DNA of 64,000 nucleotides. Origin: Chloroflexota bacterium. Its GTDB lineage: Bacteria; Chloroflexota; UBA6077; SHYK01. This document shows positions 21,720 through 31,609 of this stretch, piece by piece. The translations under genes and the position numbers were made by a program. Below the pieces are notes generated by a model, which saw only the letters and a program-made list of their open reading frames with translations, had not been told where the DNA came from and made no database searches. Each line of letters starts with the position of its first letter. Position 1 is the first letter of the stretch. The DNA is taken from NCBI GenBank assembly GCA_016202435.1, contig JACQOR010000078.1, positions 4,325 through 68,324 of the forward strand, read 5' to 3'.

Positions 21720-22769
21720 TTGCAGGTAGATATGGTACCGCGGGTGGAGACGCTTTACAGCTCCGCTGAATTGGGGAGGTTCGAGGTCGAGCCTCTGGCC
21801 AGCGGGTTTGGCTTGACCATGGGAAATGCCTTGCGCCGAGTGCTTCTGTCCTCGCTCAATGGGGCAGCGATCACGGCGATGCGCATCGAGGACGTCTACC
21901 ATGAGTTCTCGGCCATCCCCGGAGTCCGGGAGGACACCACAGAGCTGATCCTGAATCTCAAACAGGTACGGCTCAAGTCCTATACCGATCAGCCGGTCAA
22001 TGTTCGGCTCGAGGGCACTGGACCCGGCGTGCTGACGGCAGGCGACATTCAGGTGCCGCCGGAAATCGAAATAGTGAATCCCGAGCTTCCCATCGCGACG
22101 TTGGACAACCGTGATGCGCGCCTCAGCATGTTGTTGACCGTGGAAATGGGCGCCGGTTACCTGACCGCTGAAGGGCGGGAATCTCCCGCCATCGGGGTGA
22201 TTCCCATCGACGCAGTATTCACCCCGATTCGCCGCGTGAACTTCCAAGTGGAGAAAACCCGGGTCGGTGAGCGGACGGACTACGACAAGCTGCTGCTGGA
22301 AATCCAAACCGACGGCACGATCACGCCCAAGGATGCGCTGAGCCAGGCGGCGAAGATTCTGGTGGAGCACCTGGAGTTCTTGATTGAGCTGGACCGGACC
22401 GTCCCCCGGGCCGACAGCAAGTCGATTGCCCCAGGGCCGATCCCCTCACAGTTGCAGGAAATGCCCATTGAGGTGCTCGATCTTTCCTCGCGCACGTACA
22501 ACTGTCTGAAGCGGTCGCAGATTACCACCGTAGGGCAGGTGCTGCAGATGAGTGAGGAGGAGTTGCTGGGCCTGAGGAATTTTGGTCAGAAGTCGCTCGT
22601 CGAGTTGCAGGAAAAGCTCGCCCAACACGGGATCATCCGTTCCGGCGAGGTCGAAACCGGGGACGGCCCCGCGTATCGTGTGGTCGGTCCGGATGAGGAG
22701 GAAGCCGCCGGGCTCTCTGCGGACCTGGGTGATGAGGCCGAGGATGAAGACGAAGATTCTGAACCGTAG
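21720..22769 (+). CDS. rpoA: DNA-directed RNA polymerase subunit alpha (acidic C-terminal tail)
   Basis: EPL..GFG.T.GNALRRVLLSS; CTD LDLS.R..NCLKR..I.TVG.L; start TTG 21720 or ATG 21732. Confidence 0.94.
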   Translation: MQVDMVPRVETLYSSAELGRFEVEPLASGFGLTMGNALRRVLLSSLNGAAITAMRIEDVYHEFSAIPGVREDTTELILNLKQVRLKSYTDQPVNVRLEGTGPGVLTAGDIQVPPEIEIVNPELPIATLDNRDARLSMLLTVEMGAGYLTAEGRESPAIGVIPIDAVFTPIRRVNFQVEKTRVGERTDYDKLLLEIQTDGTITPKDALSQAAKILVEHLEFLIELDRTVPRADSKSIAPGPIPSQLQEMPIEVLDLSSRTYNCLKRSQITTVGQVLQMSEEELLGLRNFGQKSLVELQEKLAQHGIIRSGEVETGDGPAYRVVGPDEEEAAGLSADLGDEAEDEDEDSEP

Positions 22770-22778
22770 GGTAGAGCC

Positions 22779-23132
22779 GTGCGTCACAAGTTAGGGCACC
22801 GCAAGCTCGGGCGGGCGACGGCACCGCGTCTGGCGCTGCTTCGGAACCAGGCGACGGATCTGTTTCGCTACGAGAAGATTCGGACCACTGAACCTAAAGC
22901 GAAAGAGCTGCGTCAGATGGCCGAGCACTTGATCACCCTTGCCAAGCGGGGCGATCTGCACGCGCGGCGCCAGATCCTGGCGCAGCTGTACGACGTTCAG
23001 GTCGCGAACAAGCTGGTAGATGAGTTGGCGCAGCGATTCGCGGATCGCCCCGGCGGCTACGTCAGGCTCGTTCACCTCGGTCCTCGTCGGGGTGATAGCG
23101 CGCCCATGGCGCAGGTCGAGCTCGTTTTTTGA
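22779..23132 (+). CDS. rplQ: 50S ribosomal protein L17
   Basis: [12 protein letters not shown]...H...LLRN N-terminus; GGY.R....G.RRGD.A. Confidence 0.95.
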   Translation: MRHKLGHRKLGRATAPRLALLRNQATDLFRYEKIRTTEPKAKELRQMAEHLITLAKRGDLHARRQILAQLYDVQVANKLVDELAQRFADRPGGYVRLVHLGPRRGDSAPMAQVELVF

Positions 23133-23139
23133 CGCCGCG

Positions 23140-23898
23140 ATGTCTCGCAGAACCATCCGGCTCACGGTTGAGTACGAAGGCACGGACTTTCGCGGGTTTG
23201 CGGCCCAGCCGGGCCTGCGCACCGTGGAGGGCGAGCTTTCGGGTGCCCTGGTCAGGATGGTTCGAGACGAGGCTCGGCTCACGCCGGGCGGCCGTACGGA
23301 TTCCGGAGTTCACGCTCGGGGGCAGGTCGTGAGCTTTTCCGCGGCCATGGAGGTACCCGCCGCCGAGCTGCGAGAGGCCCTCAATGCACTCACCGGGCCG
23401 GATATCTGGGTTCGCGAGGTGGTAGACGCGGAACCCACGTTCGATGCCCGACGGGACGCACGCTCTCGGCGCTATGAGTACCGGGTGTGGAACGCTCCCG
23501 AAGCAAACCTGTGGGAGCGGCGGTGGACGGCACACGTGGCCGATCCGCTGGACGTGGATGCCATGGAGGCCGCGTGTCGCCCGCTGGTGGGCCGCCACGA
23601 TTTCGGCGCCTTCTACACCCACAGGGCGCAAGATGACACCGCCAGGGGAACCGTGCGGAGGGTGCACGAGGTGGGATGGTCCCGGGACGCGTTAGATTCT
23701 CGCTTGTTGCGTTTCGAGATCGAGGCGGACGCTTTTCTCCGGCACATGGTCCGATGTATCGTTGGCTCCTCGCTCCTGGTTGGTCTGGGAAAGATCCCCG
23801 TTGATGGGATCGCCGGCATGCTCGAGCAAGACGCAAGAGCCGCCGCGGGCCCGACCGCGCCCGCCGCAGGCCTGACACTGGTCGAGGTGTCGTACTAG
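23140..23898 (+). CDS. truA: tRNA pseudouridine(38-40) synthase
   Basis: ATG at 23140 gives MSRRTIRLTVEYEGTDFRGF; catalytic GRTDSGVHA; FLRHMVR. Confidence 0.92.
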   Translation: MSRRTIRLTVEYEGTDFRGFAAQPGLRTVEGELSGALVRMVRDEARLTPGGRTDSGVHARGQVVSFSAAMEVPAAELREALNALTGPDIWVREVVDAEPTFDARRDARSRRYEYRVWNAPEANLWERRWTAHVADPLDVDAMEAACRPLVGRHDFGAFYTHRAQDDTARGTVRRVHEVGWSRDALDSRLLRFEIEADAFLRHMVRCIVGSSLLVGLGKIPVDGIAGMLEQDARAAAGPTAPAAGLTLVEVSY

Positions 23899-23916
23899 GG
23901 TGGTAGAGGCAGCAGG

Positions 23917-24351
23917 GTGACCCAAAAGACCTACAGTCCCAAGGCCGGTGAGATTCAGCGTGTCTGGCACGTCCTGGATGCGACGGATCGGCCGCTGGGC
24001 CGTCTTGCCAGCGAGATCGCGATCCTGCTGCGCGGCAAGCACAAGCCGACGTACGCACCATTCCTAGACGTAGGCGACTACGTGGTGGTCGTCAATGCGG
24101 CGCATGTGGGCATTACCGGCAAGAACAAGCCCGACGACAAAATCTACTACAGTCATTCCCGCTATCCTGGGGGGCTGCACTCCGAGAGCCTGCGCCACCT
24201 GCTGGCGCGCTTTCCGGACCGGGTCATCGAGCGGTCGGTGCGCGGGATGCTACCCAAGAACGCGCTGGGCCGGGCCCTGATCAAGAAGCTGCACGTGTAC
24301 GCCGGCGCGACCCATCCCCACCACAGTCAGACGAAGGAGCTGAGCGAGTGA
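23917..24351 (+). CDS. rplM: 50S ribosomal protein L13
   Basis: W.V.DA....LGRLAS.IA..LRGKHKP.Y.P; YY.HS.YPGG. Confidence 0.95.
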   Translation: MTQKTYSPKAGEIQRVWHVLDATDRPLGRLASEIAILLRGKHKPTYAPFLDVGDYVVVVNAAHVGITGKNKPDDKIYYSHSRYPGGLHSESLRHLLARFPDRVIERSVRGMLPKNALGRALIKKLHVYAGATHPHHSQTKELSE

Positions 24352-24758
24352 TTCGTAGTCCTCGGGCCCCGCGAGTGGGCGTGACGGCCATCGGCGGTCG
24401 GAAGACAGCCGTGGCGCGCGTGCTGTTGCAGCCAGGCACCGGCAGTATCCTGGTGGACGGCATGCCGATGGAGGAGCGCTTTCCGCGCCTCATGTGGCAA
24501 GCCGCGATCACGCTGCCTCTGCGTGTGACCAACACGAATCGGGCTTTCAACGTGCTGGTCAAGGTGTCGGGCGGTGGGTCCTCCGGTCAGGCCGGGGCCA
24601 TCTCTCATGGCATTGCGCGGGCCCTGGTCAAGATGGATGAAACGCACCGGGTGGCGCTGCGCCAGGCCGGACTGCTCACGCGCGACTCCCGGGTCAAGGA
24701 ACGGAAGAAGCCGGGCCTGAAGCGGGCGCGGAAGGCGCCGCAGTACACGAAGCGCTAG
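24348..24758 (+). CDS. rpsI: 30S ribosomal protein S9
   Basis: GRRK.A.ARV....G.G.I.V; GGG.SGQAGA...GI.RAL; C-terminal KKPG.K.ARK..Q.TKR. Confidence 0.95.
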   Translation: MIRSPRAPRVGVTAIGGRKTAVARVLLQPGTGSILVDGMPMEERFPRLMWQAAITLPLRVTNTNRAFNVLVKVSGGGSSGQAGAISHGIARALVKMDETHRVALRQAGLLTRDSRVKERKKPGLKRARKAPQYTKR

Positions 24759-24919
24759 GCTGAGCTATCCCCGAGCAGTGGCGACAGGGCACCGTCTAGT
24801 GCCTCATTCCGCCATTACGTGCGCATGCAGGACGGGCAGGTAATGGAGACCAATCTCCCGGTCCCAATGGACGCCTGAGTCGCAGATATCCCTTGTGGGG
24901 CAGAAAATGTCCGCGGTGA

Positions 24920-25207
24920 TTGGTACGCGAACTGGCGTGCCTCGCACCGTCCACGGGCTCCGTCGGCGATTGTTACGGCAACGCCATGGCGGAGAGTTTC
25001 TTCGCCTCACTCGAGTGCGAGTTGATCGCCCGGTCGCGCTGGCGGACCCACTTCGAGGCCCACATGGCGGTCTTTGACTACATCGAGGCGTTCTACCACC
25101 CACGGAGACGCCACTCCGCTCTGGGCTACCTCAGCCCGGCGGGACTCGAAAGGCGGTATGGTCGGGCCCTATCGGAAAACTCCGATCGGTCCACGAAAAC
25201 GGGGTAA
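24920..25207 (+). pseudogene. C-terminal stub of an IS3-family (rve/DDE) transposase
   Basis: GSVGDCYGNAMAESFFASLECELI...FDYIEAFYHPRRRHSALGYLSPAGLE is the conserved end of IS3 OrfB; an in-frame TGA lies just upstream and no N-terminal/catalytic part is present. Confidence 0.8.
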
Positions 25208-25300
25208 CTCCAACCCTGCACCCAGTCCACGACGCAGGAGAACCGGACACGGCGTCACCCCTTGTGGCGCTCCGTTATGCGATTGTGTCCGTATGAGACC

Positions 25301-25347
25301 CACTTTGGGCAGAAGTGGCGCTAATAATACTTTGAGCACTTTGGGCA
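25301..25347 (+). repeat. Two direct copies of CACTTTGGGCA upstream of the HTH gene
   Basis: Identical 11-mers at 25301-25311 and 25337-25347, 36 bp apart, 35-80 bp upstream of the ATG at 25382. Confidence 0.7.
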
Positions 25348-25381
25348 CTACATTGTCCTTTGGTTTCGGAGTAGGCCACGG

Positions 25382-25918
25382 ATGACTCCTCAGGAAGCGG
25401 CAGACGCGAGGATCCGTATCGAGACAGACGAGTGGCTGACCTGGATTCAGACGCTTGCGACGGACGATCTGGAAGAAGCGACCCGGGAAGTTCTTAAGGG
25501 GCTTGAGAAGAGACGCAAACTCGGCGAAACAGCGGCGGCCCTCAGAGTTCTTCTGAATGAGTTTCGCCGCCAGAAACCAAGTCCGGTCGGTGGGTGGATG
25601 ACTACCGGCGAAGCGGCCGCCCAGCTCAGCATCAAGTCGGTTTCAACCGTGAAACGTTGGGTCAACGATGGAATCCTCGAGGGACGGAAGCTCGGGGGGC
25701 GAATCATGGTGTCTCGCGATTCTGTGGAAGAACTGCTCGCCAAGCCGACGCTGGGTGATCAGAGGAAGCAAAAGGTACAAATTGAATTTGAAGCTGACGT
25801 CGAAAGGGGGCTCCGGGCTTTGGAGGAGCTTGATTGGGGGCCGAATGCCCCCGATGAAACCGACTGGGAAAGTGAACGTAAACCGTGGATAAAGGAGGCT
25901 GATGATGATCGCCAATAG
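25382..25918 (+). CDS. Excisionase/MerR-type helix-turn-helix DNA-binding protein
   Basis: Central WMTTGEAAAQLSIKSVSTVKRWVNDGILEGRKLGGRIMVSRDSVEELL resembles the HTH_17/excisionase domain; helical N-part, acidic C-part. Confidence 0.6.
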   Translation: MTPQEAADARIRIETDEWLTWIQTLATDDLEEATREVLKGLEKRRKLGETAAALRVLLNEFRRQKPSPVGGWMTTGEAAAQLSIKSVSTVKRWVNDGILEGRKLGGRIMVSRDSVEELLAKPTLGDQRKQKVQIEFEADVERGLRALEELDWGPNAPDETDWESERKPWIKEADDDRQ

Positions 25919-26606
25919 GCGCTCCGACCAGGATGAGCGCCGGCCACCTTACGGACGTCTTTACGTATTAGCAGCACCAAGCGTGCTAAAGAAAAAGGCC
26001 TGGATGCGGCGGCTTTCATACGCGCGACGAGCGGAATTCGCGCGACTATTTTGCACGCGATCAGCCGTCGAGTCTCTAGCCGATCAGGTGGCACACGCTT
26101 TGGTCACGCATTACGGTCGGAACAGTAATCCCCTTCGCGATATGGCCTATGCGGCGATCGCCGACCTCGTTGGCTTCGTCGAGTCTCAATTCGAAGTGCT
26201 GGATGATGTCAGCCCAGAACCTCTTTGGGTGACGGCGAAGCGTCTGCAAGCGGATGCGGTCAATGACATGGCCTTCCAAACAGTGTTCGTATCGACGGCA
26301 GAGCCAGAAGAAGGACCGCCGCCAGACGAGATGGGAACTCGATATTGGGACGGCGTCGTGTACGTCCACCCAACAACGTTGCTAGTTGAAGACGGCTTCC
26401 TGGATCACTTTGAAAAGAGAAAGATTTGGTCTGCCCTGCACGTTGTGCGGGGTCGGCGAAGCTGGTTGGGCGACTGGCCATCCCTGGCGGATCCCGGAGG
26501 GGTCGCCTTCGGCCAGGTACTCGCCGACCTTGGAAGAAGCTGGCTGACCTCAAGCTCGCTCGATGGTCATGGGGCGCACAACGAAGGGAGTGAGACGGGA
26601 GAGTGA
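25902..26606 (+). CDS. Hypothetical protein (234 aa), no domain recognised
   Basis: ORF overlapping the upstream gene by 17 nt; amino-acid composition looks coding; no motif recognised by eye. Confidence 0.45.
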   Translation: MMIANRRSDQDERRPPYGRLYVLAAPSVLKKKAWMRRLSYARRAEFARLFCTRSAVESLADQVAHALVTHYGRNSNPLRDMAYAAIADLVGFVESQFEVLDDVSPEPLWVTAKRLQADAVNDMAFQTVFVSTAEPEEGPPPDEMGTRYWDGVVYVHPTTLLVEDGFLDHFEKRKIWSALHVVRGRRSWLGDWPSLADPGGVAFGQVLADLGRSWLTSSSLDGHGAHNEGSETGE

Positions 26607-27057
26607 GCTGGGGCTCCTCCTAACGATCATGGACGCGGCTACAGCGGTCGGGGTGCTAGGTCTCTTGGTGGCCATAGGAATAGGCGGCTGGCAAATCGCA
26701 ATTGCCCGCCGACAACGGTCTCCCGTCTTTCCTGTCAGTTACGCCAACGCGCCACCGGACAGCATTACAAGAGTTTCTTCCAGACGCGAGGTGGTTCCCG
26801 TTGAGTTCATGATCCAGTGGACGGGCGAACGAGTGATCTTGGAACTGCCACGGGATGCCCGAGTCGCCGACCTGATCCCAGAGTTAGCGAGGACGCTCCA
26901 TCTCCCCCTGCGGTACGAAAATGGACGTGACGTACCACTGGAGATTTGTAGTCAAGATCGTGGTATTGCCTTGAATGGCGAACTCACTATCCGCCAGAAC
27001 GCCGTCCTACCTAACGAGATCCTGGTGGTACGCGTCGTCGCATCGACATTTGGTTAA
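26563..27057 (+). CDS. Hypothetical membrane-anchored protein with possible beta-grasp (ubiquitin/YukD-like) C-terminal domain
   Basis: Hydrophobic LGLLLTIMDAATAVGVLGLLVAIGIGGW followed by ARRQR; C-terminal ~80 aa has an alternating strand/helix pattern; alternative start ATG 26629. Confidence 0.4.
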   Translation: MVMGRTTKGVRRESELGLLLTIMDAATAVGVLGLLVAIGIGGWQIAIARRQRSPVFPVSYANAPPDSITRVSSRREVVPVEFMIQWTGERVILELPRDARVADLIPELARTLHLPLRYENGRDVPLEICSQDRGIALNGELTIRQNAVLPNEILVVRVVASTFG

Positions 27058-27393
27058 GGGACGGAGCATCCTTTCTCTATAGGCAGGGAATCTCCGCAAT
27101 CCTGCGTCGTTCGCTCTCTTCAGCTCCGCCTGCGTCTCAAGAACGGACGTTTGTGAGCTGTATGAGGTGAGTCGCGTGAGCGATTCGCTAGTGGACTTTC
27201 CAAGGGGGTCCGTCTTGAGCGCTCTTGCGGAATCTTCTCATCTGCTTTGAACATCCGGCTGAGATGTGTTCGAGCATCCAAAAGTTGACCACCTGAGAGG
27301 CAAACGCGCACCGAAAAGTTGACCACCTTGAGAATCGAACCTGGGGTCATGGCGGGGAGCCAGGGCACGGGGAGAAAGGGATCGGTGCTCAAG

Positions 27394-28852
27394 ATGGTCG
27401 ACATCGAATTCATCCGCAAGAAACATCTCGTGGATGGCTGGTCGGTTCGGCGGATCAGCCGCCAGTTGAGGCTCGCGCGCCAGACGGTGCGCAAAGCGCT
27501 TTCCCACACCGGGCCTCCGCGTTACCGGAGGGAGCACGGCCCGCCGCGGCCAGTCGTCGGCCCCTTCGAGCCGGTGATCGAGCGCTGGCTTGCCGAGGAT
27601 CGGGAAGCGCCACCCAAGCAACGGCACACGGCCAAGCGCATCTACGATCGGCTCGTCGCCGAGCACGGTTTCACCGGGCACGAGGTGACCGTGCGGCGGG
27701 CGGTCGCTCGGCTGAGACCGAAGACCCCAGAAGTCTTCATCCCGCTCGCAGTGGGCTGGGACCAGCAAGCCCAGGTGGATTGGGGCCAGGCAGTCGTTCG
27801 CATCGCCGGACAGCCCGTCGTGGGGCACTTGTTCTGTCTGCGCATGCGCGCAAGCCAGGTCCCCTTCGTCTGGGCGGCCCCGACCGAGAAGCTGGAAGCG
27901 TTTCTCGAAGGTCACGTCCGCGCGTTCGCCTGGTTGGGCGGGGTGCCCGCCCGCTGTCTCTACGACAATCCGAAGACCGCGGTGGCACGCATCCTGGCCG
28001 GCCCGAATCGGGTGGAGCACGAGGTCTTCAGCAGTCTGCTAAGCCCATTACCTCTTCGAGAGCGTCTTCTGGCGGCCGGCCGAGGGACATGAGAAAGGGG
28101 CAGTGGAGAATCTGGTCGGCTACGCAAGGCGCAATGCGCTGGTGCCCATCCCGGACGTGGCGTCCTGGGATGATCTCAATGCCCATCTCCTCGCGTGGTG
28201 CGAGCAGGAACGACGTCGGCTGGCAGATCGGTGGGTGTCCGAAGCCGCCGCTCTTCGGCCATTGCCCCCAGTGGGGTTTCGCTCCGCGCTGACCCGGCTC
28301 GCTCCGGTGAGCCCATCGAGTCTCGTGCAGGTGGACCGGAATCGGTATTTCGTCCCGGGCTGCTATGTGGGCCGCACGCTCCTGGTCCGCGTGTTCACCG
28401 AGCGGATCGAGGCGTGGGACGGCGACACGCTGGTGGCCGAGCATGGGCGGCGGTATGGCCGAGGCGAGACCGCCATGCGGATCGAGCATTAGCTGCCCAC
28501 GATCGCGCGCAAGCCGCGTGCGGCCACCCATGCGGCAGTGGTGGAGCAGCTGCCGGCCATCTACGGTCAGATTCGCGCACGCCTCTGCGGCGCCCACATC
28601 GAGGGCTACCGGGACTTCGCGGCCATGCTGCTGTTGCACCTGGAGTTCCCCGCCCAGGCGGTCCAAGCCGCCCTCGAGGAGGCGTGGGACCGCGGCTGTC
28701 TCAGCCCGAGCGCGGTGCGCCAGCTGGTGATCAACCACACCGCCCCACCCACCCCGGATCCTATCGCCCTCCCACCGGACCTCAGAGCCGCGACCGTCGA
28801 GCGCCCGGACCTTACGTCCTATGACGCCCTGCTGGTGGGAGCACTCAGGTGA
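27394..28852 (+). pseudogene. istA: IS21-family transposase IstA, inactivated
   Basis: N-terminal HTH (WSVRRISRQLRLARQTVRKAL) and DDE core; frame changes near 28047 (FSSLLS / HYLFESVF..HEKGAVENLVGYARRN continues in the next frame); in-frame TAG at 28490-28492 where IEH-Y-LP is expected. Confidence 0.85.
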
Positions 28853-29046
28853 ACACGACCACCGATCCCACCCAGGCGCTGCTGGACCTGTATTGCCAAG
28901 AGCTCAAGCTGCCCGGCCTGCGCAAAGCGGCCCCGGCGGTCGCCCGCGAGCCGGCCGAGGCGAACCAGAGCCACGCGGCCTTTCTCGTCGCCTGTCTCGC
29001 GCAGGAGCTCACTTCCCGCCGCGAGCATCGGCTCTCGGTCCAGCGA
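28849..29046 (+). pseudogene. istB: IstB helper ATPase, N-terminal fragment (~66 codons)
   Basis: GTGA overlap with istA stop; LLDLYCQELKLPGL...AAFLVACLAQELTSRREHRL matches the IstB N-terminal domain; homology stops near 29046. Confidence 0.75.
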
Positions 29047-29769
29047 ATGATCGACAATCCGTTACGGAACATGTCTGACCACACCCTCAAAGCCGCCATC
29101 GACGGTGCCTACTCCTTCCAGGAAGATCAGCAACGTCTCCTAGATCGCGGGAGCATCACCGAGGACGAGTGGTTCATCAACCTCCACACCTACCTGTCGT
29201 CCTACTATCTGGCCGCCACCAACCCGCGCGGGCAATCCGGGCACGGTGGAGACGAGGTACGTTACCGCTACACGCAGGAGATGGTCCTACCGGCCCTCCA
29301 CAAGTCGGGCGCTTTCATCGACATCGGTTGTGCCAACGGGTATCTCCTTGAGAAGCTGGTCGAGTGGACCTCCCCACGAGGCATTTCGCTGGAGGTCTAT
29401 GGACTGGATATCTCGCCGGAGATGATCAAGCTCGCCCGCCATAGACTGCCCTTGTGGACAGACCGATTCTACGTCGGTAACGCACTGTTCTGGAGGCCAC
29501 CACGGAGGTATGACTTCGTGTGCGTGCGGGAGCTCAACTACGTGCCACGGCAACGCAGGCGACAGCTCTTCGAGCATCTACTGCTGGAATGTGTCAGCAC
29601 GGGCGGACGACTGATCCTTGGACCACGGACGGAGGAGCGGAGCATCCCTGGGATCGAGGATGAGGTTCGCGCATGGGGCTATCCGCCGACGGGGCTCGCG
29701 GAGAAACCGCACCAGGAGCATGCCCAGCTCGTCCGTCGACTCTTCTGGTTCAGCGCCCCACAAGCATGA
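29047..29769 (+). CDS. Class I SAM-dependent methyltransferase (cargo; in frame with the istB 5' fragment)
   Basis: Motif I FIDIGCANGYL, post-I YGLDIS, motif II YDFVCV, motif III GGRLIL; own ATGs at 29047/29071 but no stop separates it from the istB start at 28849. Confidence 0.7.
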   Translation: MIDNPLRNMSDHTLKAAIDGAYSFQEDQQRLLDRGSITEDEWFINLHTYLSSYYLAATNPRGQSGHGGDEVRYRYTQEMVLPALHKSGAFIDIGCANGYLLEKLVEWTSPRGISLEVYGLDISPEMIKLARHRLPLWTDRFYVGNALFWRPPRRYDFVCVRELNYVPRQRRRQLFEHLLLECVSTGGRLILGPRTEERSIPGIEDEVRAWGYPPTGLAEKPHQEHAQLVRRLFWFSAPQA

Positions 29770-30327
29770 TGACGTATCAGCTACCACAAGCAGAGGCAGG
29801 AACGACTGGCCGTCCAACAACCGGTTGGAGCAGTCGACAACCCCGCTGTGGAAGTGACGCGGCGGATTGGGCAACGCCACAGAAGGCTTCCTTCTGATGC
29901 GGTTTCGCAGCTCAACCCGGCGTTGGGCTGCGTGCAGAGATCCACGCCGTCCGCGAAGTGCGGACCCTTGGCGTTGCCAGGCCATCTTCCACTGAGCCAC
30001 GCGCGCCCACGGATATACGTTCGTCTCCGGGCGGACCTCGTCCCTTTCCACCGCGTGGCGCTAACCGAGCGAGTGACAAGCCAGCCTTGGGCTCGCTCGG
30101 GACTGCCCGAGGATACCCGCGTCAGCCGCGGGACGAAGGAGCCGCGTCCCTCGGAGCCCACGCTTACCGACCTGGACCTCCCCGCGTTGCATTCGTGCGG
30201 AGAAAGGTGTTCGAAGTGCGTACGGCGGTCCCGATGGGCTCCCACACTTGCCGCCGCGTGCTCGTTCTCGTTACTGTTGCGTGGGGCGGCAGGCCGCCGT
30301 TCCTGCGACGGAGACCGAGGGAAGAAC

Positions 30328-30973
30328 ATGGGAAAGCTGGTTGTCGGTACTTTCGTGACTCTGGATGGCGTAATGCAAGCACCGGGCGGTCCTGACGAGG
30401 ACCGCGACGGCGACTTCCAGCATGGCGGTTGGTTGGTACCCTATTTCGATGAGCAGTTCCTCGGCATCATGACCGAGTGGGCAAAGCATGCTGGAGCCTT
30501 TCTACTCGGGCGCAAGACCTATGAAATGTTCGCCGCGTCTTGGCCCAAGTCCACCGACCCAGCCGACGAAATCGCTACCGCCCTCAACACCCGGCCGAAG
30601 TTCGTCGTCTCGCGGACACTCGAAAAAGTGACTTGGAGCAACTCCCACTTGCTGAAGGGCGACATCGCCGAGGAGGCCGCAAAGCTCAAGGCACAGGTTG
30701 CTGGCGAGATTCAGGTTCACGGCAGTAGCGACCTCCTCCAAACCCTCCTCAAGCGCGATCTCGTTGATGTGCTGCGCATCTGGCAGTTTCCCGTGGTTCT
30801 TGGCACTGGCAAGCGCCTGTTCGGCGAAGGTACGACTCCACTTGCATTCCGGCTAGTCGAAACACAACAGACTGCCACGGGTGCTGTCCTGCACGTCTAC
30901 GAACGTTCCGGCCGTCTCAAGTACGGCGAAGTAGAAGTGGGCGAAGAGACCGTGATCTTCGACCCAAACACGC
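30328..30973 (+). CDS. RibD C-terminal domain / dihydrofolate-reductase-family protein (cargo; natural stop missing)
   Basis: MGKLVVGTFVTLDGVMQAPGGPDED...GGW...LLGRKTYE....W......N...K.VVS.TL....W.NS..L.GD...E...LK......I.V.GS..L...L is the YyaP/RibD_C pattern; the ORF runs on out of frame through istB to 31383. Confidence 0.7.
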
Positions 30974-31609
30974 CGCAAAGACGCGGGCCGCCTCGCTCAG
31001 GCCCGCTTCCCGGCGCCCAAAACCCTGGAGAGCTTCGACTTCCTCGCCGTGCCCGATCTCCCCAAAGCCACGGTGCTCACTTTGGCCACCGGCGCCTTCA
31101 TCCGCATCCACGAGAATGTCATCTGCCTGGGCAACCCGGGCACGGGCAAGACGCACATCGCGATCGGTATCGCGCTGGGCGGTATTCAGGCCGGAGCCCG
31201 GGTCCGCTTCATCACCGCGGTGGCGCTGGCCCAGGAGCTGCTCACCGCCCAGCAGGACTACCGGCTCCCGCGCTACCTCAAAGGCTGGCAGCGCGTCGAT
31301 CTGGTCGTCATCGACGAGTTGGGCTATCTCGGCCTCGGCCCGGGCGGACCGCTGCTCTTCCAGTTCTGCGCCGAGCGCTATGAGCGCGGGAGCCTACTCA
31401 TTACCTCGAACCTGGACTTCTCCCGTTGGGTCGAGGTGTTTGGCGATCCCAGCCTCACCGCAGCGCTCCTGGACCGGCTCACCCACCACGCCCACGTCCT
31501 CCTCTTCCACGGCGAGTCGTACCGCGTCCGCGAAAGCCGGGAGCGACTCCGGGAGCCGACCGCTAGCGAGGAAGGAGGGTCCAATGGACCCAGCTCTCCC
31601 GTTGCGTAA
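30974..31609 (+). pseudogene. istB: IstB helper ATPase, C-terminal fragment
   Basis: RLAQARFPAPKTLESFDF, Walker A GNPGTGKTH, Walker B LVVIDELGY, SNLDFSRW, LLDRLTHH; with the 5' fragment this adds up to a normal-length IstB. Confidence 0.85.

Noticed and set aside
27320-27345. tRNA-like T-loop signature (AATCGAACC on the plus strand, GGTTCGATT on the reverse)
   Set aside because: The flanking bases cannot form a T-stem or acceptor stem. The sequence lies within the IS21 left end between the IstA-binding repeats and the istA start.
29848-31383. 511-aa ORF as a single gene
   Set aside because: It is a chimera. The first 160 codons have non-coding character, the middle is the DHFR-like gene (starting at ATG 30328), and the last third is istB read in the wrong frame.
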